Assembly (NCBI GenBank): GCA_023145435.1
Contig: JAGLDS010000001.1
Span: forward strand, 51,140-115,139
Reading direction: 5' to 3'
Length of the DNA: 64,000 nt
Source of the DNA: Clostridiales bacterium
GTDB lineage: Bacteria; Bacillota; Clostridia; DUPQ01
Positions 47,389 through 57,288 of this stretch are shown piece by piece (within the stretch, counting starts at the first letter, position 1; every line of letters starts with the position of its first letter). The notes beneath the pieces are model-generated. The model was not told the origin of the DNA. It saw only the letters and a list, made by a program, of their open reading frames with translations, and ran no database searches. Position numbers and translations under genes: made by a program.

Positions 47389-48498
47389 ATGAGTTGTAAA
47401 GTTTGCCACATAAGTATTGTTCATAAACGACATGATATTCGCATTTTTCATAAAGAGTGTGTATCTTTAGCAAACGATGGATATGATGTTACTTATCTCT
47501 CAACAGGACGACATGATAATATTGAAAAAGGAGTTCATCTATTAGGCTTTTTTGAAGCAATAGGCTCAAATCGTTTACAACGGATATTATTTTACGACAA
47601 AAAGATGATAAAAAAAGCTATGGCAATCAATGCTGATATTTACCATATCCATGATTTAGAATTATTTAGATATGCTAAATATTTGAAAAGAAATAAAGCT
47701 AAAGTGGTGTATGACTCCCATGAAAATACCCCCATGCAAATGTATGAAAAAGAATGGGTTCCTACTTTCTTACGACCAATACTTGCAAGAGTTGTTGATT
47801 GCATTGAAAGAAGAAACATTAGCTATTGCGATTTAGTTATTGCTGTTGCAAGGAGTACCTATGATAGGTTTTCTAAGTATATTAATAATGTAGTATTAGT
47901 TGAGAATCTTCCTATTAAAGAAGAGTTTGAAAATATTCATATTGATTATAGTATTAAGATTACAAACAAACAATTCTGTTACACAGGAGCTATTTGGAAA
48001 GAAAGAGGGTTATATAATACTTGTTTTTCAATAGAACCACTTAAAGATAGTCAACTTAAAATTGCAGGGAGAGTTGACATAGAAAAGTTTGATGAGTTTT
48101 TAAAATCATTACCTAAAAATGTTTCTTATGTTGGTTATCTGACAAGAGAAGATACTCTTAAAATATATGAACAAAGTTATTGTGGGTTATGCTTATTTGA
48201 AGATTATCCTAATAACAAGATTGATCCTCCCACAAAAATATTTGAATACATGGCAGCTGGGATTCCAGTTATATGTTCGAATTTCAAAAGTATGGAAGGT
48301 GTGGTGTTAAAATATAAATGTGGTATTAGTGTGGATCCTCACGATAGACAGGCAATAACAGATGCTATGATTTATTTAGTAAATAATCCAACAGAAGCTA
48401 TAGAAATGGGACAGAATGGTAAAAAAGCAATTGAAGATAAATTAAATTGGGAAATACATCAACAAGTATTACTTAAAGCATATAGGAGACTAAAATGA
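47389..48498 (+). CDS. GT4-family glycosyltransferase (WbuB-like subgroup)
   Basis: N-terminal CHISIVHKRHDIRIFHKECVSLANDGYDV and C-terminal PPTKIFEYMAAGIPVICS. Confidence 0.75.
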   Translation: MSCKVCHISIVHKRHDIRIFHKECVSLANDGYDVTYLSTGRHDNIEKGVHLLGFFEAIGSNRLQRILFYDKKMIKKAMAINADIYHIHDLELFRYAKYLKRNKAKVVYDSHENTPMQMYEKEWVPTFLRPILARVVDCIERRNISYCDLVIAVARSTYDRFSKYINNVVLVENLPIKEEFENIHIDYSIKITNKQFCYTGAIWKERGLYNTCFSIEPLKDSQLKIAGRVDIEKFDEFLKSLPKNVSYVGYLTREDTLKIYEQSYCGLCLFEDYPNNKIDPPTKIFEYMAAGIPVICSNFKSMEGVVLKYKCGISVDPHDRQAITDAMIYLVNNPTEAIEMGQNGKKAIEDKLNWEIHQQVLLKAYRRLK

Positions 48499-50606
48499 TA
48501 AATAATTATATGGATAGTGCAACAAATGCAATCCCAAAAGAATATAGTAAACTAAAAGTGAATTATGATTATTCTTTTACAGATTCTTTAGGGATCTGCT
48601 ACAAAGGTGAAAATTTCAGGGTAAGAGCTGCCACTAAAGGAACGTGGGCAATTAATATCACATTGAAAGAAGCATGTCTTAAAGGTGATGGTTTTTTTGT
48701 TTATATATTGAATGGAAGTATAGCTCACGAACTTCAAATGAAAAACCCAAAAGCTGCAAATTATATTTCGTATAAAAGTGACATAGCAGTTGAATTTATA
48801 CATAAAGTACCAGGATTTTCTAATATATGTCGTGTGTTTTTAAAAGAGAAAGGGTATAAAGACCAGCAAATACTAATTACAATTAAAAATGCGAATAGTT
48901 ATTTTACCTCTGGACAAAGTTATTTCTTCATAGAATACTTTAATAAGCTAACTAATCGTCCACTACCAATTAATAATACTCCATTAATATATAATATAAT
49001 AAATCGTGATGAATTAGGATTGATTAGAGTTCTAGGTCCAACAGTAGCAATTAAAGGTGAAAATTATCCTATCCATGTTGGAGCTTTTGATAAATGTGGT
49101 AATATAATGGAAAACTGTTTTGATGAAGTAATGGTTGATGAAAAACTTATTTCCTTAACCAACGGAATGGCTATTTATAAAAAAACTTTTAATGAAGAAA
49201 AAACATATAGATTAAAGGTTATTCATAGTATTAGTGGAAAAGAATTTAATTCAAATCCAATTGTTTGTAAAGAAAGTCCTACAAATCAAATCTTTTGGGG
49301 TGACTTACATGCCCATGGTTGGGGAGATAAATCCATGCATTTAATGCATGTAAATAGTGAGAAGATTTCTCCAAAAGCCAGACATCATCAAGCAAAAATG
49401 ATTGGACGATTTGATTTTTGTGCTGTTGGTCCAATGTCGTTTCCAGAAGTGAATCGTGAAAAAATTTGGCAAGAGTATACAAAAGTGTGTAATGAGTATG
49501 ATAAAGCTTATGAATATATACCTTTTTTATCTTATGAAGCACATCCACCAACAGGAGGAGACAGAAATATATTTTTTAAAAGTTTAAAAGAACCTTTACC
49601 TCCACTTTATAACATACCTATGTATGAAGTAGATGAATTATACAATAAACGTGATGATGTATTTGTAGAATGTCATATCGGTGGGAAAATTCCACGGTAT
49701 GAAGATAACTTACTTCATAGAGAACGATTGTGTGAAGCTATTAGCGCTTTTGGGAATGCAGAGTGGTTACTTCATCAAACAATTAAAAATGGTTATAAAC
49801 CAGCGGTATGTGGATGTTCAGACTTGCATTATGGATTAATGGGTGGACCAAAAACCATTGAAGAATCAAGGGGTCGATTTTTTAAGTATTTTGATAAACG
49901 TGACAGTGCTTTTGGGACAGGTGCAATTACAGCAATAGTCACTGAAAAACTAACAAGAAACCATTTATGGAATGGACTTGAAAGACGAAGCACATATGCA
50001 ACAAATGATGATAGAGTTTATGTTGATTTTAAGGTAAATGGACAATTAATGGGAGAGACTATAGTTGAATGTGAAAAATATACAATTGATTTAGAGGTTC
50101 ATGGGAGTGCGAAAATCATAGAGATTTCAATTGTTTGTGGTGAGTATGAAGTTGAAAAAATCACACCAAATCAATTTGACTATATTAATACAATAACTTT
50201 AAAAGAATTGCCAAGTGATTATATATATATTAGAATTTTACAAGAAAATAACGGATTTGTATTAACTTCACCTATATATATTACTAGTAAATTTAAAAAA
50301 TGGAATGAACAAGAAGAGATGGTTTTAGGAAATAGAGCTAATCAAGCTAAACAGTATCTAGAAGCAGTTATAAGTTATTTAACAGAAGAAGGGGATATTA
50401 ATAAATTCAATCAAATTACCCCAATTGATATTATAGATGAATCAATTACAACTTGCGCTTTATTTAAAGGTTATCTAGGGCAGAAAAAAGTATCAATTAG
50501 ATGGTACTTTGAATATGAGGTACCAAGAATTCGTTTTGACTGGGGATTCACGCAAAACGGTAATATTAATTGTGAAATTATTCATAACATAAATAATCCC
50601 GATTAA
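48495..50606 (+). CDS. 703-aa protein: N-terminal beta-rich region plus a PHP/DUF3604-like metal-dependent hydrolase domain
   Basis: IFWGDLHAHGWGD (PHP motif I-like), ECHIGG, CGCSDLHYG, ERRSTYATNDDRVYVDF (like the RR.tYATsG motif of DUF3604/PHP enzymes). ATGA overlap with the upstream GT4. Confidence 0.5.
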   Translation: MINNYMDSATNAIPKEYSKLKVNYDYSFTDSLGICYKGENFRVRAATKGTWAINITLKEACLKGDGFFVYILNGSIAHELQMKNPKAANYISYKSDIAVEFIHKVPGFSNICRVFLKEKGYKDQQILITIKNANSYFTSGQSYFFIEYFNKLTNRPLPINNTPLIYNIINRDELGLIRVLGPTVAIKGENYPIHVGAFDKCGNIMENCFDEVMVDEKLISLTNGMAIYKKTFNEEKTYRLKVIHSISGKEFNSNPIVCKESPTNQIFWGDLHAHGWGDKSMHLMHVNSEKISPKARHHQAKMIGRFDFCAVGPMSFPEVNREKIWQEYTKVCNEYDKAYEYIPFLSYEAHPPTGGDRNIFFKSLKEPLPPLYNIPMYEVDELYNKRDDVFVECHIGGKIPRYEDNLLHRERLCEAISAFGNAEWLLHQTIKNGYKPAVCGCSDLHYGLMGGPKTIEESRGRFFKYFDKRDSAFGTGAITAIVTEKLTRNHLWNGLERRSTYATNDDRVYVDFKVNGQLMGETIVECEKYTIDLEVHGSAKIIEISIVCGEYEVEKITPNQFDYINTITLKELPSDYIYIRILQENNGFVLTSPIYITSKFKKWNEQEEMVLGNRANQAKQYLEAVISYLTEEGDINKFNQITPIDIIDESITTCALFKGYLGQKKVSIRWYFEYEVPRIRFDWGFTQNGNINCEIIHNINNPD

Positions 50607-50618
50607 ATCGGGATTATT
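50592..50618. terminator. intrinsic terminator whose loop is the stop codon
   Basis: Perfect 12-bp stem AATAATCCCGAT / ATCGGGATTATT with loop TAA, followed by a T-rich tract. It sits between convergent genes. Confidence 0.75.
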
Positions 50619-50642
50619 TTCTGTTGATTTTTTATTTATTAA

Positions 50643-51887
50643 TTATTCAGTAATTTTAACATTTCCTATATCTTTTGGTAATGTTATAAAGACAAAGAAT
50701 CCAGCTATAAATAATGGAATAATAGCCAATATAGAATATCTAGCATTACCAGTTAAGGTAGTAGTTAAAGCCATAACCATTGGTCCAACAATAGCTGCGA
50801 ATTTGCCAAATACATTATAGAAACCAAAGAATTCATTTGAATTATTTTTAGGAATAATTTTCGCAAAGTATGAACGACTTAGCGCTTGGATACCACCTTG
50901 TGCTGATCCTATCATTGCGCCTAAGATAAATATGTGCCAAATTGAGGTAATGAAAAAAGCAGAAATACAAGCAATGATATAAGTAATTATTCCTACAATA
51001 ATCATAGATCTTGCTGAATATTTTTTAGCTAAGTTTCCATAAATAATGGCACATGGGAAAGCAATTATTTGTATAATTAATAAAATTCCCAATAGTGTAA
51101 ACATATCAAGAGAGTTACCTCCTAAAACGGCAGTTGCATATGGAACAACCATTTTAATAATTGTATCTACCCCATCTATATATAGAAAATATGCAATTAA
51201 GAAAACAAAAACAACTTTGTGTTGTTTAATATTTCTAAATGTTTTAAGTAAGCGTTTAAAACTTTGCGCAACTGGCTTTGGCTCAGGTTCTATATAATGT
51301 TTTTGTTTTACATTTTTAATCATTGGAATAGTTAGTAATCCCCACCATAAAGCAGTAATCATAAAACCAAGTTGATATCCAATAGCTTTATCTAAGCCTA
51401 AGAATAAAATAACACCTAAGCTAATTCCAAATGGAATAACACTTGATATATAACCATATGCAAAACCTCTAGTTGACACTTTATCCATACGCTCATCTTT
51501 AGAAACATCTACTAAGAAGGAATCATAAAAGATGTTTGCACCAGAAAATCCTATAACAGTTAAGATATAAAAGATAATCAGTAATTGCCACATACCACTA
51601 GACGGAGAAACAAAGGCTAAAGAAGCGGTAAAAATTATACCAACTAAGAAAAAGAATAAGAAAAATCTTTTCTTTTTATCCTTATAATCTGCAATTGTAC
51701 CTAAAATTGGGCTTAAAATAGCCACAATTATTGAAGCAATTGAATTAAAATAACCTAAGTTCATTGTACTAACACCATTAAACATACCAAATATAGCAGG
51801 TAAAAGTGCAGTAGTAATTGCGATTGAGTATGCAGAATTACCACAATCGTACAAAATCCATGATTTCTCTTGTTTTGTTAATTTCAT
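50643..51887 (-). CDS. MFS transporter, UMF1/Atg22-like subfamily
   Basis: N-terminal KQEKSWILYDCGNSAYS, typical of UMF1, and 12 TM helices. The start is chosen at 51887 (GGGG 9 nt upstream); the ORF track begins at 51896. Confidence 0.75.
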   Translation of the reverse strand: MKLTKQEKSWILYDCGNSAYSIAITTALLPAIFGMFNGVSTMNLGYFNSIASIIVAILSPILGTIADYKDKKKRFFLFFFLVGIIFTASLAFVSPSSGMWQLLIIFYILTVIGFSGANIFYDSFLVDVSKDERMDKVSTRGFAYGYISSVIPFGISLGVILFLGLDKAIGYQLGFMITALWWGLLTIPMIKNVKQKHYIEPEPKPVAQSFKRLLKTFRNIKQHKVVFVFLIAYFLYIDGVDTIIKMVVPYATAVLGGNSLDMFTLLGILLIIQIIAFPCAIIYGNLAKKYSARSMIIVGIITYIIACISAFFITSIWHIFILGAMIGSAQGGIQALSRSYFAKIIPKNNSNEFFGFYNVFGKFAAIVGPMVMALTTTLTGNARYSILAIIPLFIAGFFVFITLPKDIGNVKITE

Positions 51888-51974
51888 AAACATCAACCCC
51901 CGTATATGTTAATATAAATAGTATATCATATAAATGTTCACTAATTGTTAGTATTACATAAAGAAAGGATAGAT

Positions 51975-52889
51975 ATGCCAGATTTATTAACACATACTTT
52001 ATTTGCAAGAAATGTATTGGCTAGGATTGATCAAGTAAAAATAGCACAATTGATTGAGGAGAAAAAGAATCTATTTCAATTGGGTGCTCAAGGACCTGAT
52101 TTCTTTTTTTACTATAAACCATGGTCTCTATTTAATAAAAGAATCACATCTATTGGTGGAGAGATGCATGATTATTTTACATCGCAATTTTTTATTGATG
52201 GATTTTTACTTATTAAGGAAAAAGGAATTGAAGAAAAACAGAATCTTTTAGTATATTTACTAGGATTTCTATGTCATTATTACTTAGATAAAAATGCTCA
52301 TCCATATGTTAATTATATTGAAAAAACTGGGATATGGGATTTTGATGGAGGTGTTCATGAATTTTCTCACTATAATCTTGAGTACACTATGGACATACGG
52401 TTGTGGGGAAAATATGAAAATCAAAGGGCAATAGACATAGATGAATCACTTCTTTTAAAAACAGATGATTTTGATGATAGCATTACTTCATATATTAAAA
52501 ATTATGTTAATACATATAACAAAAAACTTGTATCTTTAAAAGAGATTCATAAAGCTTATATAAATATGATGGCAATTTTACATATATTATATGATCCTAA
52601 TTACCAAAAAAAACTATTACGAAAAATCCCTGCTCCACGAAAATTTTATACAAATAATCCATTTAGTAATTTTGATGTATTAAATAGCAAACACCGCCCA
52701 TGGCATTATTTAGGAGAAGAAAAACTACGAACAGATAGTATGGAAGATATAATGAGTACTGCTGCAAATGAATGCCTTAATGTAATGCTAAAATTGTTTG
52801 ATTATTTAACAAAAGATACCCAAATAGATATTAAAACATTAATTCCCAATGTTAGTTATAACACTAATAGAAAAGTGATTAAACCATAG
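51975..52889 (+). CDS. zinc-dependent phospholipase C-like family protein
   Basis: N-terminal MPDLLTHTLFA and GAQGPDFFFY, with later H-rich segments (LCHYYLDKNAHPYV). Confidence 0.55.
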   Translation: MPDLLTHTLFARNVLARIDQVKIAQLIEEKKNLFQLGAQGPDFFFYYKPWSLFNKRITSIGGEMHDYFTSQFFIDGFLLIKEKGIEEKQNLLVYLLGFLCHYYLDKNAHPYVNYIEKTGIWDFDGGVHEFSHYNLEYTMDIRLWGKYENQRAIDIDESLLLKTDDFDDSITSYIKNYVNTYNKKLVSLKEIHKAYINMMAILHILYDPNYQKKLLRKIPAPRKFYTNNPFSNFDVLNSKHRPWHYLGEEKLRTDSMEDIMSTAANECLNVMLKLFDYLTKDTQIDIKTLIPNVSYNTNRKVIKP

Positions 52890-52923
52890 GTATATTGGGT
52901 ATAAACTAATTGTTGCTAAGAAT

Positions 52924-52952
52924 TTGACTTTATTAACAAATGAGTCTATAAT
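52924..52952 (+). promoter_or_regulatory. sigma-A promoter of the thiamine-precursor uptake operon
   Basis: TTGACT (52924-52929), exactly 17 nt spacer, TATAAT (52947-52952). Confidence 0.65.
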
Positions 52953-52971
52953 CATAGGAACTTAAATAACG

Positions 52972-53060
52972 ACATTCATGTGGGAGCCTAAGATATGGCT
53001 GAGAGGAATAAACTTCGACCACTACACCTGATCTGGGTAATGCTAGCGTAGGAAATGATA
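52972..53060 (+). promoter_or_regulatory. TPP (THI-box) riboswitch aptamer
   Basis: Conserved cores GGCTGAGAGG and ACCTGATCTGGGTAATGCTAGCGTAGGAA. P1 pairs TCAT (52976-52979) with ATGA (53055-53058). Confidence 0.9.
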
Positions 53061-53076
53061 GTTAATCGTATCGATT

Positions 53077-53109
53077 AGTCATCCTGTACCAGGTGACTAT
53101 TTCTTTTTA
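53077..53109 (+). terminator. riboswitch expression-platform terminator
   Basis: AGTCA-(T bulge)-CCTG, loop TAC, CAGG-TGACT, then ATTTCTTTTTAT. The 3' arm (CAGGT) can also pair with the aptamer's ACCTG. Confidence 0.75.
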
Positions 53110-53135
53110 TTTACCACATGTGAAAGGATATTTAA

Positions 53136-53388
53136 ATGAAATGTAATGTAATGTTACAAGTCGTTCCTATAGTTGAAGAAGAAAGCATCTACTATGTGGT
53201 AGAACAAGTTATTAATTATATAAAAAGGTAATGTTTCTTATGTAGTTGGCCCAATGGAAACTACCATGGAAGGTGAACTAAATCAATTAATGTCTATTAC
53301 AAAGAGAGTACAAGAAAAGTGTATTGGATATAAAACTTTAAAAGTATGTTCAGTAATTAAAATTATCATAAGAAAGAAGGGGTTACAT
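53136..53388 (+). pseudogene. MTH1187/YkoF (DUF77) thiamine-precursor-binding domain, split by a frameshift in an A5 run and then in frame with thiX
   Basis: Frame 1, 53136-53231: MKCNVMLQVVPIVEEESIYYVVEQVINYIKR*. The +1 frame from 53224 reads KGNVSYVVGPMETTMEGELNQLMSITKRVQEKC...VIKIIIRKKG, which completes a DUF77 domain. There is no stop before the permease. Confidence 0.6.
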
Positions 53389-54147
53389 TTGAAGAAAAAA
53401 CCAATAAATATTCTTTATAAACTGTTACCTTCCATAATGCTAGTGAGTATACTTGCCATTTGGGAGATTATTGTTAAGGTGAAAGATATTAAAGAATATA
53501 TTCTTCCTTCACCAAGCGCTATAATCAACGAATTTATAAAATCTTTTGATGTATTATTTTCTCATACAATAATTACATTGTCAGAAACATTGTTAGGTTT
53601 TGTTGTAGGTACTATATTAGCTATAATACTGTCTATTGCTATTGATAAGTTTGTCTTAATGAGACGAATTGTATATCCTTATTTAGTTATATCACAGACA
53701 ATCCCACTAGTTGCTTTAGCACCAATATTAGCTATTTGGTTTGGATTTGGAATTGTTCCTAAAATAATATTGTCAGCATTAGTTGTCTTTTTCCCAATCA
53801 CATTAAGTCTAACAGAGGGTCTTTCAAATTATGACAGAGAATTATATGAAATGATGGTACAGTTAGGTTCAACTGATCGCCAATTATTTTTTAAATTAAA
53901 ACTACCATCAGCTTCTACACACTTTTTTTCAGGATTAAAAATAGCTGCAGCATATTGTGTAATGGGAGCGGTCATTTCGGAGTGGGTAGGCGCATCAAAG
54001 GGATTAGGAATCTTTTTAACCAGAGCTATGAGCTCTTTTCAGACAGCAGCACTATTTGCAGATATTGTAATTATTATCATAATAAGCATAACGTTGTTTA
54101 AGGGCATTGAATTTATAGAAAAAAAAGTATTGTCGTGGAGGAATTAA
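53389..54147 (+). CDS. thiX: ABC transporter permease, ThiX type (HMP/formylaminopyrimidine uptake)
   Basis: Six-TM SsuC/TauC-like permease with EAA-loop-like LGSTDRQLFFKLKLPSA. Candidate TTG start at 53389 with AAGGGG 6 nt upstream. The frame is open from 53224 and the first ATG is at 53254. Confidence 0.75.
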   Translation: MKKKPINILYKLLPSIMLVSILAIWEIIVKVKDIKEYILPSPSAIINEFIKSFDVLFSHTIITLSETLLGFVVGTILAIILSIAIDKFVLMRRIVYPYLVISQTIPLVALAPILAIWFGFGIVPKIILSALVVFFPITLSLTEGLSNYDRELYEMMVQLGSTDRQLFFKLKLPSASTHFFSGLKIAAAYCVMGAVISEWVGASKGLGIFLTRAMSSFQTAALFADIVIIIIISITLFKGIEFIEKKVLSWRN

Positions 54148-54150
54148 CTT

Positions 54151-55125
54151 ATGAAAAAATTATTTATAATTATTATTAATCTTATACTAGTGGTAACCTT
54201 GCTAGTAGGATGTGCAAAAAAAACAGATGAAACAATAAAGGTGAATTTTGTTCTAGACTGGACACCAAATACTAATCATGCAGGTATTTATGTTGCAAAA
54301 TCTCTTGGGTATTTTGAGGAAGTTGGATTAGACGTTAATATTATACAACCTTCAGAGGGAACTGCTGAACAGCTTGTTGCATCAGGTAGCGCAGATTTTG
54401 GTATTAGTTATCAAGAAAATGTTACGTTTGCTAGAAGCGAAGGTGTTCCAATTGTATCTATTGCTGCAATTATTCAACACAACACATCGGGCTTTTTATC
54501 TAGAGCAGACGAAAATATTAATGGTGTTAGTGATTTTGAAAATAAAAAATATGGTGGTTGGGGTGGTCCTATTGAAGAGGCAACAATCAAATATTTAATG
54601 GACCAGGTAGGTGCTGATTACAAAAAGACTGAGATTATAACATCAGGAGATATTGACTTTTTCACAGGAAGTGAAACTGGGAATATAGATTATGCTTGGG
54701 TTTTTGAAGGTTGGGCTAATATACAAGCTAAAATAAAAGGAGTTGATGTTAATTACATCGATTTAGGAAAAGAAGCTAAGGTTTTTGATTACTATACACC
54801 TATAATTATTACTAGTGAAAAAAACATAAAAAATGGTGATATAACAGAAAAGTTTATGAAGGCAGTTATTAAAGGATATACTTATTGTATTGAGAATCCA
54901 AAACAAGCAGCTGACTTATTAATAAAAGCAGTTCCTGAATTACCTGTAGAATTAGTAACTAATAGTATGATGTTTTTAGCTAAAAAATATAAAGATGATG
55001 CTCCTTATTGGGGATACCAAAATGATGAAGTTTGGAGCAGGTATATGGATTGGTTAGTAGAAAATCAATTTATTGATCAAGCTATTAAGATAGAAGAGGC
55101 GTTTACTAACGATTATGTAAAATGA
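54151..55125 (+). CDS. thiY: NMT1/THI5-like substrate-binding lipoprotein, ThiY type
   Basis: Lipobox LLVGC and VNFVLDWTPNTNHAGIYVAKSLGYFEEVGLDVNI, typical of ThiY/NMT1. It lies downstream of a TPP riboswitch. Confidence 0.8.
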   Translation: MKKLFIIIINLILVVTLLVGCAKKTDETIKVNFVLDWTPNTNHAGIYVAKSLGYFEEVGLDVNIIQPSEGTAEQLVASGSADFGISYQENVTFARSEGVPIVSIAAIIQHNTSGFLSRADENINGVSDFENKKYGGWGGPIEEATIKYLMDQVGADYKKTEIITSGDIDFFTGSETGNIDYAWVFEGWANIQAKIKGVDVNYIDLGKEAKVFDYYTPIIITSEKNIKNGDITEKFMKAVIKGYTYCIENPKQAADLLIKAVPELPVELVTNSMMFLAKKYKDDAPYWGYQNDEVWSRYMDWLVENQFIDQAIKIEEAFTNDYVK

Positions 55126-55838
55126 TTAAAGTTACAGATTTAAATAACACATATACATCGAATGAAGGGAATGTAAAAGTTCTTGAACACTTATTTCTTA
55201 CTTGTGAAAAGAATCAATTTGTATCAATTATTGGGCCCTCTGGTTGTGGTAAAAGTACTTTTTTCAAAATACTTTCTGGTATTATTACAGATTATACTGG
55301 TTCATATAAAATTGATGGACAAGTTATTTATATGCATCAAAACGACAACTTAATGCCTTGGAGAAGTATATATGACAATATAATACTGCCCTATGAAATA
55401 AGAAAAGAAAAACCAAATCATGAAAAAATTAAAAAATTAGTTGAAGAATTTGAATTAGATGGTTTTATGGATATGTATCCACATCAATTATCAGGTGGGA
55501 TGAGAAAGCGAGTTTCATTATTACGCGCTTACCTGACAAATAGAGAAGTTATGTTACTTGATGAACCCTTTGGTTCTCTAGATGCCTTAACTCGAAAAAA
55601 TATGTACAGTTGGTTATTGAAAATTTGGTATAAACATCAAAAAACAGTACTATTCATAACCCATGATATTGAAGAGGCTATTTATTTATCTGATATAATT
55701 TATGTGATGGGAAAGAGACCTGCGACAATTGTTGATAAAATTAAAATTGATTTTAAAAGACCTAGAAACACTGATATGCTCATAGGGCAAGAGTATCTAA
55801 TTTACAAAAAAAGGCTACTAGACTCACTTGCCAAGTAA
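55122..55838 (+). CDS. thiZ: ABC transporter ATPase, ThiZ type
   Basis: Walker A GPSGCGKST, signature LSGGMRKR, Walker B LLDEPF. ATGA overlap with thiY. Confidence 0.85.
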   Translation: MIKVTDLNNTYTSNEGNVKVLEHLFLTCEKNQFVSIIGPSGCGKSTFFKILSGIITDYTGSYKIDGQVIYMHQNDNLMPWRSIYDNIILPYEIRKEKPNHEKIKKLVEEFELDGFMDMYPHQLSGGMRKRVSLLRAYLTNREVMLLDEPFGSLDALTRKNMYSWLLKIWYKHQKTVLFITHDIEEAIYLSDIIYVMGKRPATIVDKIKIDFKRPRNTDMLIGQEYLIYKKRLLDSLAK

Positions 55839-56282
55839 TTCTATTATTTTACCTAGTACTTGATCTTTGTTTTTTTCTGATTGTGTTATACACCAAGTTT
55901 GAGTTGCTAGACCGTAATTTTTAGCAGTAGATGCTGCCATATTCTTTGAATTGCTACCTCTACAAACAGATAGGATATATAGATTTTTAAAACCGTTCAT
56001 TTCTTTTTTTATATATTGTCTAGTAGCTGGTGTCATACCACCAGCCCAAACAGGAGTAATGACTAAAACATTATCATAGGAACTAGCATTTTTCTTATAG
56101 GAAATTACTGTTTCCTTTTTAGTGATTTCGTTAAAGCTAGCTTTAGGCCAACCTAATAGTCCACTATAGTTTTTCTCGTCAATAATTTCATCAATATCAC
56201 AAGATGAAAGCAACTGTGATATTTCTTTACTTAATTTTTTACAAGAACCAGTTCTAGAATAATATACTAATAAGCTTGTCAT
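55824..56282 (-). CDS. flavodoxin-like fold protein
   Basis: N-terminal LLVYYSRTGSCKKL and a mid-protein VITPVWAGGMTP pattern. AAAGGAG RBS before the ATG at 56282. Convergent 15-nt overlap with thiZ. Confidence 0.6.
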   Translation of the reverse strand: MTSLLVYYSRTGSCKKLSKEISQLLSSCDIDEIIDEKNYSGLLGWPKASFNEITKKETVISYKKNASSYDNVLVITPVWAGGMTPATRQYIKKEMNGFKNLYILSVCRGSNSKNMAASTAKNYGLATQTWCITQSEKNKDQVLGKIIELLGK

Positions 56283-56373
56283 TCTTTTCTCCTTTAACAC
56301 ATAAATTTAAAAAAGATGTTATACTAATTATAATATTTGTACAAGAGGATTACAACAAAGTGATAGGACAATT

Positions 56374-57288
56374 ATGAACGAGGGCAAAAAAGGAACTATA
56401 TTCATTATTATTGCTTATGTATTGTGGGGTCTTTTCCCATTTTATTGGGCGCAATTAAGCCATGTGTCAAGTATAGAAATAATTGCTTATAGGATATTAT
56501 TTTCATTTATATTGTGCCTTATTTACTTAATTTATAAAAAAGAACTTTCAGTTTTTGATATTTTTAAAAATTTCAAATCTACATTACGATTTATCTTTAT
56601 AAGCTTATTATTGTTTATTAACTGGTTTACGTTTATATATGCTGTTACTAATAATATGGTTATTGATGCTGGAATGGGATATTACTTAAACCCAATTATC
56701 AGTATATTATTAGGAATATTATTTTTAAAAGAAAAACTTGGGAAATTACAAATTGCTGCATTTACATTAGCAGTTCTTGGTATTGTATATTATATTGTAA
56801 GTATGGGAGTTATTCCATATATTACTCTTATTTTAGGAACAACATTTGGTGTGTATGGATTGTTCAAAAAAAAGACTACACTTTCTGGTATGCATTCAAT
56901 GTCAATCGAAACTGCTCTTTTAACACCTATTGCTTTAATTATTCTTTTTGTGGTATCTAAAAACAGTGATATCTCATTATTTATAGGAGATATAAAAACA
57001 ATTACTTTTATTGTTTTTGCAGGTTTTATTACTCTTACACCATTGGTCTTGTTTGCTGAAGCTACAAAGAGAATTCCATTAACTAGAGTTGGATTTTTAC
57101 AATTAATTGCTCCAACTATGATGCTAATTACAGGGCTTGTCATGGGAGAAGATTTTTCGTTTAATCGAATAATTTCACTTTCGTTTATTTGGGTAGCACT
57201 AATCATATATAGTATTTCAATAATGAAAGGAGACGATAATGATAGGAAAAACAATAAAAGACTTTCCACCAACAGCAGAAAATCCTAG
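56374..57288 (+). CDS. rarD: EamA/RarD-family (DMT superfamily) permease
   Basis: GTIFIIIAYVLWGLFPFYW and ten TM helices in a 5+5 EamA repeat layout, typical of RarD. Confidence 0.7.
   Translation: MNEGKKGTIFIIIAYVLWGLFPFYWAQLSHVSSIEIIAYRILFSFILCLIYLIYKKELSVFDIFKNFKSTLRFIFISLLLFINWFTFIYAVTNNMVIDAGMGYYLNPIISILLGILFLKEKLGKLQIAAFTLAVLGIVYYIVSMGVIPYITLILGTTFGVYGLFKKKTTLSGMHSMSIETALLTPIALIILFVVSKNSDISLFIGDIKTITFIVFAGFITLTPLVLFAEATKRIPLTRVGFLQLIAPTMMLITGLVMGEDFSFNRIISLSFIWVALIIYSISIMKGDDNDRKNNKRLSTNSRKS

Noticed and set aside
56790-57272. 160-aa ORF antisense to rarD
   Set aside because: It is a mirror frame of a hydrophobic membrane-protein gene. It has no RBS and no recognisable motif, whereas the rarD frame has a clear EamA repeat structure.
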